Both the position numbers and the translations under genes were made by a program. 64,000 nucleotides of DNA from Lingula anatina (taxonomy: Eukaryota; Animalia; Brachiopoda): contig CM120642.1 in the NCBI GenBank assembly GCA_051362555.1, positions 13,144,001-13,208,000 on the forward strand, given 5' to 3'. The notes beneath the pieces are model-generated. The model was not told where the DNA came from, did not search any database, and saw only the letters and a program-made list of their open reading frames with translations. Shown here one piece after another: positions 62,353 to 64,000 of the stretch (the first letter of the stretch is position 1; every line of letters starts with the position of its first letter).

Positions 62353-64000
62353 TAAGTATGTTTTGTGTTTGGTTTTCCTTATAATATGAAATATGTGCCG
62401 TGATTTCAACTGAAAAAGAAAGTACACATAGTCTGAGGAACAACAACAACAACAAAAAAAAACTATAAATAAAAGCCCTGACCTGTTTGTGACATAAATC
62501 AATATCCCCAGCCATGATTAGCCAAGTAATTAGTCAGAAACAACTACTAAGTGCATAGGTAACTTCCATTGAAAGACAGAATATTTGTTCAGACTGATCA
62601 ATTATTGATGGGCCCTTTGGAAATACCTGCATGTTTATATGTGTATATCCCCAGTGTACAGTGAACTCATTCGGAATACCAAGACAAAAAAACAGCCAAG
62701 AAAGAAAAACTGACAAGTGGTTGTTTTGGTTCTTTAGTTGGAAAAATGTATTGGTGGTATCAATAGTCATTTCTATTATGAAAACATTGGACGCTTGCCA
62801 TGATTAGATGAGGAAAATGGGAATATGAAGAAAAATAAGGGGTCTCAGTGAAACAGGTGAGATTATTTCTGAGCAATTTTAGTTCTCTTTTTCTATTCTG
62901 TTTAGTAGTAGATGTCCAGAAGATGTTGTTTTAGCCATGAGAAGTGTGCAGATCATAAAATCATATATCCTTAGCTTAATTTTTTAGCATAGAAGGTAAC
63001 AAATACAGATAATTTCATTGGGGGTCCTAGATTTTACTAAAAGGGCTGGGTGGGATAGATGAAAGGAGGAAAGAAAATAATTTTGCTTCATTGTACAAGA
63101 TGTCTGCATGCGCGAGTGCATGCCCCCTGGATCTGACTTTGCATTTCAACCAAAAAGCTCATACCATATCAAGAGGGATGTCAAGAACAAAAGATCCAGA
63201 TATGGTGTATGTAGCGTGCATGTACATCACACCTGAATGTGAGTTACACCATGCAAACTTGGATCCCTTATTCTCAACTCTCACTGTAGTTTAATCAGTT
63301 ACACCACTCACTGACTTAAATTATGCTGCATCTATTACATAATTCAAATCTTGTATCATGCTAATATCTGTTGGGTGCTTATAAAAATATACATTCCATT
63401 GCAGGGCTTTGCGATTAGTTCTGAGTCACATTCTGATGTCATTTGGCAGTTTTTAGCAGATATCGGGGGGGTGGGGGGTGGAGGACACAGGGAATGAGCC
63501 TCAATCACCCTGTGTAGGGTTGTCTTCTAATAGATAACTCTGTTGACAGGGGTCCGAGGATAATTTTTTATATGCTGGTAGCACATCAAAATTTACTAAA
63601 TTGTATTATTTTAATATACTTACCCTAAGACATAAACAATGAAAAGAAGGACTATCTTTCATTAAAAAATTTAGCAGGTTTTCAGGAAAATTCAGTACAC
63701 TCATACTTAATGTGGACAATACAAGAAAAGCATCAGTAGGTAACACATTTCCTTAAATATTCATATTAACTCATACTGGTTCTTACGGAAGCTACACCTT
63801 GGCTTTGATATGATGAAGAGGAAAATAGTGCACATCAAGCTTCTTATCTTGCACGAAGTTCAAAAACAAGACCTGTGCATTGAATGGAAATAACCACATA
63901 GGACAGAGAAATAAGGGTAAGCCTAACGGCAACCGTATGTGCCTTGATGCTGTTTCATTGTGTAATGAAGAATAATATATTGAAACTTATGAAAAAAAGA

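Noticed and set aside
43000-64000. Short 60-105-aa ORFs in the distal region
   Set aside because: Composition typical of random AT-rich ORFs; no domains recognised.

Overview
AT-rich, intron-containing animal genomic DNA; an invertebrate bilaterian, possibly lophotrochozoan (inference). Three protein-coding genes can be reconstructed by hand. (1) The large terminal exon of a Mastermind-like Notch coactivator (+, 9385-11703); its first coding exon lies outside the window. (2) A TCAF/FAM115-like M60 metallopeptidase with three coding exons (-, 22619-20012, 720 aa) and an intact HEXXH...E zinc site. (3) A NuMA/Mud orthologue of about 23-25 coding exons (+, 26319-42766, about 1700-1760 aa), with an N-terminal Hook/CH-like domain, a long coiled coil and the LGN/Pins-binding NLM motif. 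Non-coding DNA holds several non-autonomous DNA transposons (nested Harbinger-type MITEs, a TA-site MITE, a 2.9-kb CMC/EnSpm-like element, a MITE with a 5-bp TSD, a Helentron/DINE-like element) and microsatellites. The strongest candidate for something undescribed is an alternative-last-exon switch in NuMA: one tail ends in a securin-like D-box, the other is a 260-aa read-through beginning with a frabin-like actin-binding motif and having its own polyA signal. No prokaryotic-type systems (CRISPR, operons) and no rRNA or tRNA genes were recognised. All gene models are manual and have no transcript support.
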